Shown: positions 35,562 through 45,003 of the stretch, one piece after another
How the letters are laid out: each line of letters starts with the position of its first letter
How positions within the stretch are numbered: the stretch's first letter is position 1
DNA from: Actinomycetota bacterium
GTDB taxonomy: Bacteria; Actinomycetota; Actinomycetes; S36-B12
NCBI GenBank assembly: GCA_016870425.1
Contig: VGBQ01000001.1
Coordinates: 1 to 47,701, forward strand
Length of the DNA: 47,701 nucleotides
Direction of reading: 5' to 3'
The notes under the pieces: generated by a model
Told to the model about the DNA's origin: nothing
The model's input: only the letters and a program-made list of their open reading frames with translations
Database searches by the model: none
Made by a program: the position numbers and the translations under genes

Positions 35562-35819
35562 CTAGGAGCCCTTCTGCATCTCCCGCTGGATCTGATCCTC
35601 GGTGAGCGGCTTGTTCATCATCTGGTTGACGCCGTAGAAGATCGCGCCGATGAGGAAGCCGCCCATCACCCAGACCGGCCAGAAGTAGCCGCGTCCGGAG
35701 AGGAACCAGATGAGCACCATGAACAGGGAGACGACGATCGCCCCGATGATGTAGTTGACGAAGCCGCGGCGCTGATGGAGCCGATGAATCGCCTGCTGGC
35801 GTGCACTGTCATCACTCAT
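35562..35819 (-). CDS. 2TM-domain small membrane protein
   Basis: The pattern RRGFVNYIIGAIVVSLFMVLIWFL...FWPVWVMGGFLIGAIFYG matches the 2TM domain. Confidence 0.7.
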   Translation of the reverse strand: MSDDSARQQAIHRLHQRRGFVNYIIGAIVVSLFMVLIWFLSGRGYFWPVWVMGGFLIGAIFYGVNQMMNKPLTEDQIQREMQKGS

Positions 35820-35904
35820 CCCTGCACGATAGACCCCCTGTCAAGGGAGAGCGCGGACGCCGAGGGCCCCGACTTGCTCGGCGGCGCGATCCCCGACTCA
35901 GTGG

Positions 35905-36045
35905 ATGGATGAGCACCCTGACCTGTCCCAAGTGCCACGATCTTCCTCGACCGCGTCGCCGCCGTCCTACGACCGCGACTACGACGACCACCGGGGCAAG
36001 CCCTACAAGAAGCGCAAGAGCTTCCTCGAGGAGCTCTTCGACTGA
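35905..36045 (+). CDS. 46-aa small ORF, possibly the remnant of a small zinc-ribbon protein
   Basis: ATG 35905 gives MDEHPDLSQVPRSSSTASPPSYDRDYDDHRGKPYKKRKSFLEELFD. GC3 is near 100% from codon 13 on. An ATG 4 nt downstream in another frame gives MSTLTCPKCHD, with better GC3 for the first ~10 codons. There is no good SD. Confidence 0.3.
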   Translation: MDEHPDLSQVPRSSSTASPPSYDRDYDDHRGKPYKKRKSFLEELFD

Positions 36046-36067
36046 CTCAAGCGCCTACCATGGCGGC

Positions 36068-37597
36068 ATGCGCCGCACCGGGATCGTCCTCGCAACCCTG
36101 GTGGCATGCGTACCGCTCATCGGTACGGTTCCCGCTACGGCAACCCACGATGTCGCCGCCGATGCCGCCAGTCCTGCCACGACAACCCCCCAGACTCCGC
36201 GCGCGTCCCTGGACTGGCGCGCCTGCGGGTCGTCCCTGCCGAGTCAGGCGCGCTGCGCCACCCTCACCGTGCCGCGCGACTGGGGCGACCGCCGCGTCGA
36301 CGGCACCTACCGCATCTCGGTGGCGCGGATCCCCGCGGAGAAGCCGTCGGAGCGCATCGGAGTCCTGACCTTCAATCCGGGCGGCCCCGGATCGGCCGCG
36401 GTTTCCAACATCACCTGGGTCCAGGGCATGCTGCCCCAGCGCGTGCGCGACCGATTCGACATCGTCGCGTGGGACCCGCGTGGAGTCGGCGGCTCCGAGC
36501 CCAGCATCACCGGCTGCACCGTCAAGGACATCAGCCCACCGAAGACGGGTCCGGTCGACTGGGATGCGTGGGCCAGTAGGTACATGCGCGTCAACGGGCA
36601 GGCGGCCGCCGGGTGCTACGAGGCAAACCGTCGCCATGCGCCCTACGTCGGCACCTGGCAGCTGGTGCGCGACCTCGACGCGCTGCGCGCAGCGCTGGGT
36701 GAGGCCTCATTGACGTTCTGGGGCATGAGCTACGGCTCGACGGTCGGACGCTCCTACGCGCAGTACTTCCCCCAGCGGGTGAGGGCGCTCGTGCTCGACG
36801 GAGTCATCTCACCGCTGTCCACCATCGACCTGTGGGCCCGCGAGCACACGTGGGATGACCCCCTCGCGATCACGACGATGCTCGACGCCCTGGGCCCGGC
36901 GTACCAGGCGAAGTACACCCGGGTCATGGCCTCGCTGCAGACGCGCACACTGCGCTCGAGCAGCGGGGGTCGGATCACACGCTGGACCGTCGGCAAGGAC
37001 ATCATCAGCTGGGCGTCCTATCAGACGACGTGGAGCTCGGTCGCCAACCTGCTCGATCAGGTCGATGCCGGCCTGCGCGCGCGCGATGCCACGGTGCGCC
37101 AGCGGGCCATCGACACCGCGGCGGGAATGCTTGCCGACGCCCGCCCCGGCCAGCCCGAGCCCAAGGGGTGGTTCGACCCGCAGTGGACCTATGTCAACTG
37201 CTCGGACATGCCTGACCGGCCCACCCCCGCTCGCCTGGCTCAGCTCGCCCGCGAGGGCGCCGCGGCCGGTGGTGTGCACGTCGGCCAGGCGGTGCTGCGC
37301 GAAGGTGCGCAGTGCGCAGGACTGCCCGTCTTCGGCCGGGCGATCCCTCGCATCACGTCGCCCATCAGTCTGCCGACGCCTCCGCTCATCGCCAACGCGC
37401 GCGCGGACAACCGCACGCCGTGGACGGCGGCGATCGAGATGAGCCGTGCGTTCGCCGGATCACGCACGGTGGAGTACGGCGGCACCCACCACATCGTCTA
37501 CGGCCGCACGACGACCTGCGTGGACCGCCCCATCACGAGATACCTCGTCAATCAGAGACTGCCCGGACGCGACGTCACCTGCCCGCTGAGGTACTGA
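36068..37597 (+). CDS. secreted alpha/beta hydrolase, tripeptidyl-aminopeptidase (TAP)-like
   Basis: ATG 36068 gives MRRTGIVLATLVACVPLIGTVPATA. Hydrolase blocks are FNPGGPGS, the nucleophile elbow FWGMSYGS, and LVLDGV. The ORF-track start 35801 overlaps the 2TM gene. Confidence 0.8.
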   Translation: MRRTGIVLATLVACVPLIGTVPATATHDVAADAASPATTTPQTPRASLDWRACGSSLPSQARCATLTVPRDWGDRRVDGTYRISVARIPAEKPSERIGVLTFNPGGPGSAAVSNITWVQGMLPQRVRDRFDIVAWDPRGVGGSEPSITGCTVKDISPPKTGPVDWDAWASRYMRVNGQAAAGCYEANRRHAPYVGTWQLVRDLDALRAALGEASLTFWGMSYGSTVGRSYAQYFPQRVRALVLDGVISPLSTIDLWAREHTWDDPLAITTMLDALGPAYQAKYTRVMASLQTRTLRSSSGGRITRWTVGKDIISWASYQTTWSSVANLLDQVDAGLRARDATVRQRAIDTAAGMLADARPGQPEPKGWFDPQWTYVNCSDMPDRPTPARLAQLAREGAAAGGVHVGQAVLREGAQCAGLPVFGRAIPRITSPISLPTPPLIANARADNRTPWTAAIEMSRAFAGSRTVEYGGTHHIVYGRTTTCVDRPITRYLVNQRLPGRDVTCPLRY

Positions 37598-37598
37598 C

Positions 37599-39170
37599 AT
37601 GGATGACGCTCCCCGCACTCTGCCCGAGGCGGTACGCCGCGCCGCGCGGCTGTGGCCCGATCGCGTGGCCTGGATATTCGACCTGCGCGAGGGGCCGTCG
37701 AGCGCGGCACCGTCGTCGCTCACCTTCTCGGACATCGCCCGCGGAGTCGACCGCGTGGCCCGTCACCTGCGCGCGAGGGGCGTGCGCGCTGGGCAGCGGG
37801 TCGGCGTACTCCTGCACAACGGGCCCGAGTGGGCCCTGGTGTGGCTCGCGCTCGCGCAACTCGGTGCGACCGCAGTGCCGCTCGGCACGCGCCTGCGCCG
37901 CGACGACGCGGGATGGATCGTCACGAAGTCGCGAGCGGTGGCCATCGTCACGACCCCTGCCCTCGCCGAGGGCATCGGTCCGCTGGGCATCCCCGTGATC
38001 GACGTCGCGGAGTTCCACGATGATCGGGACGATGATGCCGACGACGGCGACGACGTCGCACCTCTGCCCGGCGTTCACGATCCCGACGACATCGTCAACG
38101 TGCAGTTCACATCAGGCACGACGGGCCACCCCAAGGGCTGTCTGCTGTCGCACCGCTACTGGCTGCACCTGGCGAGGAGTCTCGTCGATGGCTTCCCGCG
38201 ACTCACGCCGAGTGATCGCATGCTCACCGCCCAGGCGATGTCCTACATGGACCCCCAGTGGAATCTCGTCGCCTCCCTCGTGAGCGGGGCTTCCCTCGTG
38301 ATCCTCGACGGCTTCCACCCGTCGACCTTCTGGGAGAGGGTGCGCGAGCACGAGGTCACCTACTTCTACTGCCTGGCGTCCATGCCGGTGCTCATGCTCA
38401 CTACGCCGGCTGACGCACGCGACCGAGAGCATCGCGTGCGGGTGATCCAGTGCTCGGCCATCCCGCCCGCGCGGCACGCGGAGCTCGAGCAGCGCTGGGG
38501 TGTCCCGTGGTTCGAAGTCTTCGGCATGACCGAGACAGGCGGCGACATTCACGTGACCGACATCGAGCACGATGCGCTCGTGGGCTCGGGAGCCATCGGC
38601 GTGGTCAAGCCCGGACGCGAGGCGAGGGTCGTCGCCGACGGCATCGATGTGCTCCCGGGCGACATCGGCGAGCTCCTCCTGCGCGGCCCGGGGATGATGT
38701 CGGGCTATGACGACGAGCCGGAGGCCACAGCGCGGGTGTTCCGCGGCGGCTGGCTGCACACCGGTGACCTCGCGCGCCGCGACTCCGCGGGGGTCATCCG
38801 CCTGGTGGGTCGGCTTAAGGAGGTCGTACGCCGCGGGGGCGAGAACGTCGCCGCGCGCGAAGTCGAAGACACGCTGCTCTCGCACCCCGGAGTGCGCATG
38901 GCGGCCGTCGTCGGCGTGCCCGATGAGATCCGGGGCGAGGAGGTCAAGGCCTACCTCGTGCTCACCGACGACCGGGATGCCCAGCAGGCGGCCGACGAGC
39001 TCGGCCCCTTCTGCTCCGAGCGCATCGCCCGCTTCAAGGTGCCGCGCTACTGGGAGGTGCGCGACGACCTGCCTCGTACGCCGTCCGAGCGCGTGGCCAA
39101 GCCCGAGCTCCGCCCGGGGCGCACGTGGGATGCCGAGACGACCACCTGGGGGGAGGTGCCCGCACCTTGA
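37599..39170 (+). CDS. AMP-dependent synthetase/ligase (acyl-CoA synthetase family)
   Basis: It starts 1 nt after the previous stop. The AMP-binding motifs are FTSGTTGHPKG, WLHTGDLARRD and GGENVAAREVE. Confidence 0.9.
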   Translation: MDDAPRTLPEAVRRAARLWPDRVAWIFDLREGPSSAAPSSLTFSDIARGVDRVARHLRARGVRAGQRVGVLLHNGPEWALVWLALAQLGATAVPLGTRLRRDDAGWIVTKSRAVAIVTTPALAEGIGPLGIPVIDVAEFHDDRDDDADDGDDVAPLPGVHDPDDIVNVQFTSGTTGHPKGCLLSHRYWLHLARSLVDGFPRLTPSDRMLTAQAMSYMDPQWNLVASLVSGASLVILDGFHPSTFWERVREHEVTYFYCLASMPVLMLTTPADARDREHRVRVIQCSAIPPARHAELEQRWGVPWFEVFGMTETGGDIHVTDIEHDALVGSGAIGVVKPGREARVVADGIDVLPGDIGELLLRGPGMMSGYDDEPEATARVFRGGWLHTGDLARRDSAGVIRLVGRLKEVVRRGGENVAAREVEDTLLSHPGVRMAAVVGVPDEIRGEEVKAYLVLTDDRDAQQAADELGPFCSERIARFKVPRYWEVRDDLPRTPSERVAKPELRPGRTWDAETTTWGEVPAP

Positions 39171-39736
39171 CGGCCACCACGCTGCGCGACTACGTGCCCG
39201 CCGACGATACGGCTGCGCGCGCGATCTATGAGGCGTCCTTCCCACCCAGTCTGCGCGCACCATGGGCTGACCTCGTCGACCACCGTGATGACGAGCGGCT
39301 GCTCATCCTCGACGACTCGGCGTTCGGACCCGCGGGCATGGCCCTGGTCCGACGGCTCGGCCAGACCGACATGGCCTTCGTCCGCTACCTCGCTGTCGAT
39401 CCCGCGAGGCGCGATAGGGGTCTGGGCACCGACCTCGTCACGCACCTGCGCCACGCGCTGCGATCCGATGGGGTCGGCGCGCTCCTCCTCGACGTGGAGG
39501 AGCCGATCGGCGAACACGCGGAGCAGGACCGTCGTCGCATCGCCTTCTATCAGCGATGCGGCATCGACGTGCTCGACGTACCCGACTATGCCCCGCCCGA
39601 GCACGGTGAGACCGGTGAGATCGTGCCCCTGCTGCTCATGGGCGAGGTCCTCGATGGGGGCCAGCCACTGACCGGCACCCGACTGCGCGACGCGGTCCGC
39701 GCCGTCATGACGCACCGATACGGCGTGCAGGCCTGA
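39167..39736 (+). CDS. GNAT-family N-acetyltransferase
   Basis: TTG 39167 overlaps the ligase stop (TTGA) about 10 nt after GGGGGAGG; ATG 39125 is an alternative start. The acetyl-CoA motif is YLAVDPARRDRGLGTDLV. Confidence 0.75.
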   Translation: MTATTLRDYVPADDTAARAIYEASFPPSLRAPWADLVDHRDDERLLILDDSAFGPAGMALVRRLGQTDMAFVRYLAVDPARRDRGLGTDLVTHLRHALRSDGVGALLLDVEEPIGEHAEQDRRRIAFYQRCGIDVLDVPDYAPPEHGETGEIVPLLLMGEVLDGGQPLTGTRLRDAVRAVMTHRYGVQA

Positions 39737-39754
39737 TTCGCGCTGAAGCAGGAG

Positions 39755-40210
39755 CTACGCGGCCTTGCAGACAACGCCGCGGGCACGGGGCTCATCGGTC
39801 ACCGTGATGACGCAGACGCTGTCCTCGCCTGTCATCGTCAGCATCACCTTCGGGCCCTTCGATGCGACACTGGTCGTCACGTCGGCAGTCGACGCGAGCT
39901 GTCGCATGAGCGGACTGAGGGCGATCGTGATCAATTGATCGCTCAGGGTGTCCGGCCAGTCGATCTTCAACTGCTCGAGGACCGCATCGGCAAGGCGATC
40001 GGTTTCCATGTCCGCAGCGCTCGGCTTCTTGGGAGCGGCAGGGGTCTGCGGCGCGGGTGATGCGGGCGCGGGTGATTCGGGTGCGGTTGCCGCGGGGGTG
40101 GTCGGCGCAGACGAGCTCGCCGAATCGCCGGCGGAGGCCGTGGGGCCGGCCGAGCAGGCCGCGAGCAGCAGGGCTGTGCCCGCGAGGGTCAGGACGGTGA
40201 GCGTGCGCAT
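39755..40210 (-). CDS. lipoprotein of unknown function
   Basis: MRTLTVLTLAGTALLLAAC has lipobox LAAC. A Pro/Ala/Ser linker is followed by a ~90-aa domain with two Cys. Confidence 0.75.
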   Translation of the reverse strand: MRTLTVLTLAGTALLLAACSAGPTASAGDSASSSAPTTPAATAPESPAPASPAPQTPAAPKKPSAADMETDRLADAVLEQLKIDWPDTLSDQLITIALSPLMRQLASTADVTTSVASKGPKVMLTMTGEDSVCVITVTDEPRARGVVCKAA

Positions 40211-40348
40211 CCGTCGACGCTAGGGCCGGCCGGGGCGTTGATGCGCGCTGAGCGCCTCATCCTTTTGGCCAGGAAATGCGGCCGCCCGGCCGCCGAGGGA
40301 CGACGCGCCACTAGGCTGGCGGGGCAGTCGGCAGAGGAAGGGGACTCC

Positions 40349-40561
40349 ATGGGCTCGCACGAGGTCGCCAAGTCGCACCTGGTCTCGGGGATCATCGTCG
40401 GCTGGGTGCTGGTCGCCCTGGTCTGGCTGATCTTCGGATTCCTCTCCCAGAACTTCCTGCTCTATGTCCCGATGCTCGTCGCCTACGCCGTGTGGACGGT
40501 CGTGTCACTGCTGATCTTCGGTCGCGGACTCGATCGGGAGATGGCCGGCGAGGCGCACTAG
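40349..40561 (+). CDS. 70-aa two-TM membrane protein
   Basis: ATG 40349 follows GAGGAAGGGG. The sequence is MGSHEVAKSHLVSGIIVGWVLVALVWLIFGFL...YVPMLVAYAVWTVVSLLIFG. Confidence 0.6.
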   Translation: MGSHEVAKSHLVSGIIVGWVLVALVWLIFGFLSQNFLLYVPMLVAYAVWTVVSLLIFGRGLDREMAGEAH

Positions 40562-40577
40562 GCGCCCCCGGTCGGCT

Positions 40578-41690
40578 TCAGGCGGCGGTTGCCGTCTTGC
40601 GCCGCCTGATGCGTTGGCTGATCGCGAAGTAGCCGACGGCAATCCAGCCGAGGACCATCTGCGGCAGGAAGCAGAAGGCACGCCAGATGACGTCCGCGGC
40701 GACCGCTTGCTCGAAGCTCGCCCCGAAGGCCACGAGCATGCCGATCAGCGCCGCGTCCACGGTGCCCGCGCCGCCGGGCGCGAGCGGCACGGTCGTGAGC
40801 AGGAGCGCCACGGAGAAGGCGGCGAAGACCTCGAGCACCGTCACCGAGCCGGCCCCGACTCCTCGCAGCGCGGCGAGCACCACGAACATCGGCGTCAACT
40901 GCGCCAGGATGTTGGTGAGCGTGATGGGCAGCCACCGGGTGCCGACCATCTCGGCCGCCGTGTCGTTGAAGCCGACGACGCTCTCCACCACATTGGGCGG
41001 GGTGCGCTTGATGAGACGGAAGACGCGGCCGATGGCTCCCTGCGCGAAGTCACCCACGCGCTGGGCATTGGTGCGACTGCGGAGCACGAAGGCGATACCC
41101 ACCATCGACACCAGGCACACCAGGCCGGCGAAGATGATGATGATGTCGATGGTCTCGCACGGGATGGCGCCGCACTCATTGCCGTTGAGCGTGCGCCGCT
41201 CGAAGATCCACAGCACGATGAGCGCCACGGCCGGCGCCCCGAAGGTCATGAGGTAGGTCCAGATCGCATCCGCCGCCACCGCTGCGGCCGCCAGACGCTG
41301 CTGGACTCCGTAGCGCGCCAGGATGGCGTACTGCGTGGCCACGGCGATCGGCCCCCCGCCGAAGGGGATGGTGGTCGAGATAGCGAAGCCGCCCTGACGA
41401 TCGACGAAGGCAGGCACGTATCCCAACTTGGGGATCGCCGCGGGGGCGGTGAGGGGATAGACCCCGATGGCCACGATGGCGGCTGCGACGCACGCGATCG
41501 TCCAACCCATCGGCATGGAGAACGCCGCCTGCACGCCCTTCTCGAATCCGCCGAAGTTGCTGGCCATGTAGTCGAAGATGAAGTAGGCGAGCGCGATGCC
41601 CAGGATGGTGAGGATCACCTTGGGGAGCCAGGACTTCCATCCCCCCTGGCGCGCCACCTCCACCACAGGGTCGGGAGCGGCCGCGGTCAC
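40578..41690 (-). CDS. polytopic membrane protein, lysylphosphatidylglycerol-synthase-TM / flippase-like (UPF0104) family
   Basis: GTG 41690 opens a 370-aa ORF with about 8 TM segments. The family call is from overall pattern only. Confidence 0.55.
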   Translation of the reverse strand: MTAAAPDPVVEVARQGGWKSWLPKVILTILGIALAYFIFDYMASNFGGFEKGVQAAFSMPMGWTIACVAAAIVAIGVYPLTAPAAIPKLGYVPAFVDRQGGFAISTTIPFGGGPIAVATQYAILARYGVQQRLAAAAVAADAIWTYLMTFGAPAVALIVLWIFERRTLNGNECGAIPCETIDIIIIFAGLVCLVSMVGIAFVLRSRTNAQRVGDFAQGAIGRVFRLIKRTPPNVVESVVGFNDTAAEMVGTRWLPITLTNILAQLTPMFVVLAALRGVGAGSVTVLEVFAAFSVALLLTTVPLAPGGAGTVDAALIGMLVAFGASFEQAVAADVIWRAFCFLPQMVLGWIAVGYFAISQRIRRRKTATAA

Positions 41691-41745
41691 ACGTGGAGCC
41701 TATGCCCGCGTCGCCCACTCCCGCGCGGCCCTCTCCCGCGCGGCG

Positions 41746-41804
41746 AGGGTGGCGCCGGCCTAGGGTGGCGCTGGCCCAGGGTGGCACCGGCCTAGGGTGG
41801 CGCC
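41746..41804. repeat. 16-bp tandem direct repeat x3.7 ending at the methyltransferase start codon
   Basis: The copies are AGGGTGGCGCCGGCCT, AGGGTGGCGCTGGCCC, AGGGTGGCACCGGCCT and AGGGTGGCGCC, followed by ATG. They are preceded by two copies of CTCCCGCGCGGC (41718 and 41733). Confidence 0.85.
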
Positions 41805-42698
41805 ATGGCGGCCTCGACGAAGGATTCCAGCGGCAGGCGTGGCAAGTCCGGGACGGATGGAGCAGGTGTCATCGCGGGTCGCTACTACCGGGACAACCTG
41901 GCCGCGTGGGATGAGCGCGCACCCGCGCACGCTCGAGCCGACGGCTATCGCGTCGCGCGATTCAGCGAGGACCCGGCGTACCTCAGCGACGTCGTGCAAT
42001 TCGATATCCCACTGCTCACCGATGTGAGCGGGCTCGACGGCGTGCACCTGCAGTGCCACATCGGCACCGACACGGTGTCCCTTGCTCGGCGTGGGGCCCG
42101 GATGACCGGATTGGACTTCTCCGGAGAGTCGATCGCCCAGGCGCGCGCGCTCGCGCAGGAGACGGGCGCGGAAGTCGAGTTCGTGCAGTCGGACGTGTAC
42201 GCCGCGGTCGATGCCCTCGGTCGCGAGCGCTTCGACTTCGTCTTCACCGGGATCGGGGCCCTGTGCTGGCTGCCCGATGTCCGACGCTGGGCGCAGGTCG
42301 TGCACGATCTGCTGCGCCCCGGAGGCTTCGTCTTCATCCGCGAGGGGCATCCGATGCTGTGGTCGATGGACGAGGCGATCGACGACGACCTCGTGGTCGG
42401 CTACCCCTACTTCGAGGTGCCCCAGCCCGTCACGGACGAGCACGATGGCAGCTATCTGCCGGTGGACACGACCTTCCGCGCGGATGTCTCGCACTCATGG
42501 AACCACGGCCTCGGGGAGACGGTGATGTCACTGCTCGACACCGGCATGGCCCTGGACCTCCTCGTCGAGCACGACAGCTGTCCCTGGGAAGCGCTGCCCG
42601 GCAAGATGGTCGAGGGAGACGACGGCGAATGGCGACTCCTGGAGCGTCCGGAGCGACTACCGCTCACCTACACGCTCAAGGCCCAACGGATCGACTGA
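41805..42698 (+). CDS. class I SAM-dependent methyltransferase
   Basis: Motif I-like VHLQCHIGTDTVSLARRGARMTGLDFS and the post-I/II blocks FDFVFTGIGALCWL and LRPGGFVFI. Confidence 0.8.
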   Translation: MAASTKDSSGRRGKSGTDGAGVIAGRYYRDNLAAWDERAPAHARADGYRVARFSEDPAYLSDVVQFDIPLLTDVSGLDGVHLQCHIGTDTVSLARRGARMTGLDFSGESIAQARALAQETGAEVEFVQSDVYAAVDALGRERFDFVFTGIGALCWLPDVRRWAQVVHDLLRPGGFVFIREGHPMLWSMDEAIDDDLVVGYPYFEVPQPVTDEHDGSYLPVDTTFRADVSHSWNHGLGETVMSLLDTGMALDLLVEHDSCPWEALPGKMVEGDDGEWRLLERPERLPLTYTLKAQRID

Positions 42699-42705
42699 CG
42701 CGCGA

Positions 42706-43011
42706 CTAGTTGCCGTCGCCGACGCACCCGGTCATCATGGCGATGACCTTGTCCTGGAGCTCGACGGGCACATCGGAGTCAGCTTCGCCGTCGCGCAGCG
42801 TCGTGAGCTCCTCCGTGCTGAAGCCGCTGAGCCCCTCCTTGATGCAGTCCTTGGCCCCGGCGGGCATGCCCTCATCACCGATCTCAGCCATGAGCTCATC
42901 GACGAGCGCCGAGTTGTCAGTCGAGGACCCACCGCCACCGCACGCGGTGAGAGTGAGGAGAGCGGCCGCGGCGGCTGCCGTGGCGAGGGTGGCGATGCGT
43001 GTGCGCTTCAT
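42706..43011 (-). CDS. small lipoprotein of unknown function
   Basis: ATG 43011 follows GAAGGGG. MKRTRIATLATAAAAAALLTLTAC has lipobox LTAC. Confidence 0.7.
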   Translation of the reverse strand: MKRTRIATLATAAAAAALLTLTACGGGGSSTDNSALVDELMAEIGDEGMPAGAKDCIKEGLSGFSTEELTTLRDGEADSDVPVELQDKVIAMMTGCVGDGN

Positions 43012-43103
43012 GGGGGACCCCTTCACAGTGACGTGCCCGAGACACGTGGCCACCGACCGGTGGAGTTGGGGCAGACGCTAGCACCGCGCGGCATACTCCA
43101 GGA

Positions 43104-44999
43104 GTGGAGCGCTCCGGGCGAGTCGCCACCGAGGCCCTGCGCGCCTGCCTGCGCCTGCAGCGCTCTGCCGTGCAATGGCGAGCGGGTCTGCGTACGGGCG
43201 TCCTCATCACCATCACGCTGCTCATCGGCCTGGGGTCAGGGCGCCTGGAGTCCGCGCTATCAGTGGCGATCGGCCTGCTCTTCATTGCCATCGCCGATTG
43301 CACCGACGCCCGCAGCGTGCGACTGCGCACCATGCTCTGGGCCATCCTGTGGGTCGGGCTCGGCGTACTCCTCGGCGGGCTGGTCGGCGACTTCGGCGCC
43401 GTGCATGTCGCCGTCGCCCTCGTCCTGGCCCTCGCCTGCGGCTACGCGGGCGCGCTGGGGCCGCGCGGCGGGCTCATCGGCGTGCTCACGCTCGTGCTCT
43501 TCGCCTTCTATGCCGGGGCACCGGTCGTGGTCGATGTTGCGCTTGTCGACACCGGGCTCTTCGTACTCGGCGGACTCATCACCATCGCGGTCAACCTGCT
43601 GCTCTCACCCCCGCGTCGCCTAGAAGCCGCGCGAGCCGCTATCGCGCACGCCTACCGCGAGTTGCAGGACGCGGCCACGCGGCGGGGCGTGGAGCTCGCG
43701 GCCCCCACCGTGGCCGGCGCCGTCATGACCGGCCGCACGGTGATGGGCCACGAGGGGTGCGTCGGGGAGACCGCCGCGTGGGCGGGGAGACTCCTCTCCG
43801 ACGCGGAGCGCACGCGACGCGCCCTGCTCGCGCTGCTCTCCGAGCGCGACATCGATGCCGGATACGTCGACCGGCTGTGCTCCGCGACGGCGGACACCTC
43901 GCGTGCGGTTGCCGACGAGCTTTCCTGGCCGCCGGGGCTGCCTGGCGGCCGACGCGGGCGCTCTGCGATCGCCCTGGGGGCGGTGCGGGCTCTCATCGAC
44001 CAGGCCCCCGATCCGCGACTGGCCGCTCTCGCCCGCGCCATCGCCGAGCCACTCGCCGATGCCGTCGCTTCGGTGGATGGCCTGTGGCCGACAGGTCGCC
44101 GCGCCGAGATCGCGCATCCCACTCTGCCCCGCGCGGCGATCCTGCCTCGCCTGCGCGCGCACCTGTCGCTCTCCGACCCCATCGCCGAGCACGCGATCCG
44201 GCTCACTATCGCCTTCGGCGGAGCCACCCTCGCCAGCGTCCTGATCGGCGTCTCCCATGCCTACTGGGTGCCGCTGACGGTCGCCTGGGTCGCCAAGCCT
44301 GATCTCTCCAGCACCGTGTCTCGGGTCACCATGCGGATTATCGGCACCATCCTCGGCCTCATCGCCGTCTCGGTCCTGCTACTGGCGGCGCAGGGACTCC
44401 CTGACTCCCGCATCGTGCTCGTTGTGGCGGTCGGGGCCACCGGTGCGCTGACGCTGGCCTACCTCTCAGCCAACTACCCGCTCGCCGTGCTCGGGATCAC
44501 GAGCTTCGTCCTGCTCGTGGAGTACCTCAGCGGCGACGACGCCCGCTACGACGTCGTAGCGCGCCTCCTCGCCACCATCATCGGCGGTGTGTGGGTGCTG
44601 CTCGTGGCGTCCATCCGCCCGCGTCGAAGCAGCAGTCCGGCGCTGGCAGCGCTGCGTGCGACCGTGACCGCCCTCAGGGAGTACGCCGCCGCCGTGCGCA
44701 CGGGAGTTGGCGTCGATACGGCGCGCTCCCGGGTGCTCGCCGAGCGCACGTCAGCGCTCACAGCAGTGTCGGCTGCGGCCCTCGAGACCCGCGGCCTCTG
44801 GGAGCGTCCGGGCGAGCGCCTGGATCCCGACCGGGCGGCGGTGATCCTCACCGACATCATCACGGCCGCGTCGTCGATCTTGGCCGAGGAACTCCTCGAG
44901 AATACGGGCCAGGCGGATCCTCTGCTCTGGGACCGCATTGACTCCGCGCTCGACGACCTAGATGCGCGCATCGGCGCCCTTTCCGTGCCCGCGCGGTGA
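43104..44999 (+). CDS. FUSC-family (fusaric-acid-resistance / aromatic acid exporter-like) membrane protein
   Basis: There are two TM bundles separated by a soluble region. The second bundle opens with HAIRLTIAFGGATLASVLIGVSHAYWVPLTVAWV. Confidence 0.75.
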   Translation: MERSGRVATEALRACLRLQRSAVQWRAGLRTGVLITITLLIGLGSGRLESALSVAIGLLFIAIADCTDARSVRLRTMLWAILWVGLGVLLGGLVGDFGAVHVAVALVLALACGYAGALGPRGGLIGVLTLVLFAFYAGAPVVVDVALVDTGLFVLGGLITIAVNLLLSPPRRLEAARAAIAHAYRELQDAATRRGVELAAPTVAGAVMTGRTVMGHEGCVGETAAWAGRLLSDAERTRRALLALLSERDIDAGYVDRLCSATADTSRAVADELSWPPGLPGGRRGRSAIALGAVRALIDQAPDPRLAALARAIAEPLADAVASVDGLWPTGRRAEIAHPTLPRAAILPRLRAHLSLSDPIAEHAIRLTIAFGGATLASVLIGVSHAYWVPLTVAWVAKPDLSSTVSRVTMRIIGTILGLIAVSVLLLAAQGLPDSRIVLVVAVGATGALTLAYLSANYPLAVLGITSFVLLVEYLSGDDARYDVVARLLATIIGGVWVLLVASIRPRRSSSPALAALRATVTALREYAAAVRTGVGVDTARSRVLAERTSALTAVSAAALETRGLWERPGERLDPDRAAVILTDIITAASSILAEELLENTGQADPLLWDRIDSALDDLDARIGALSVPAR

Positions 45000-45003
45000 G
45001 TCG

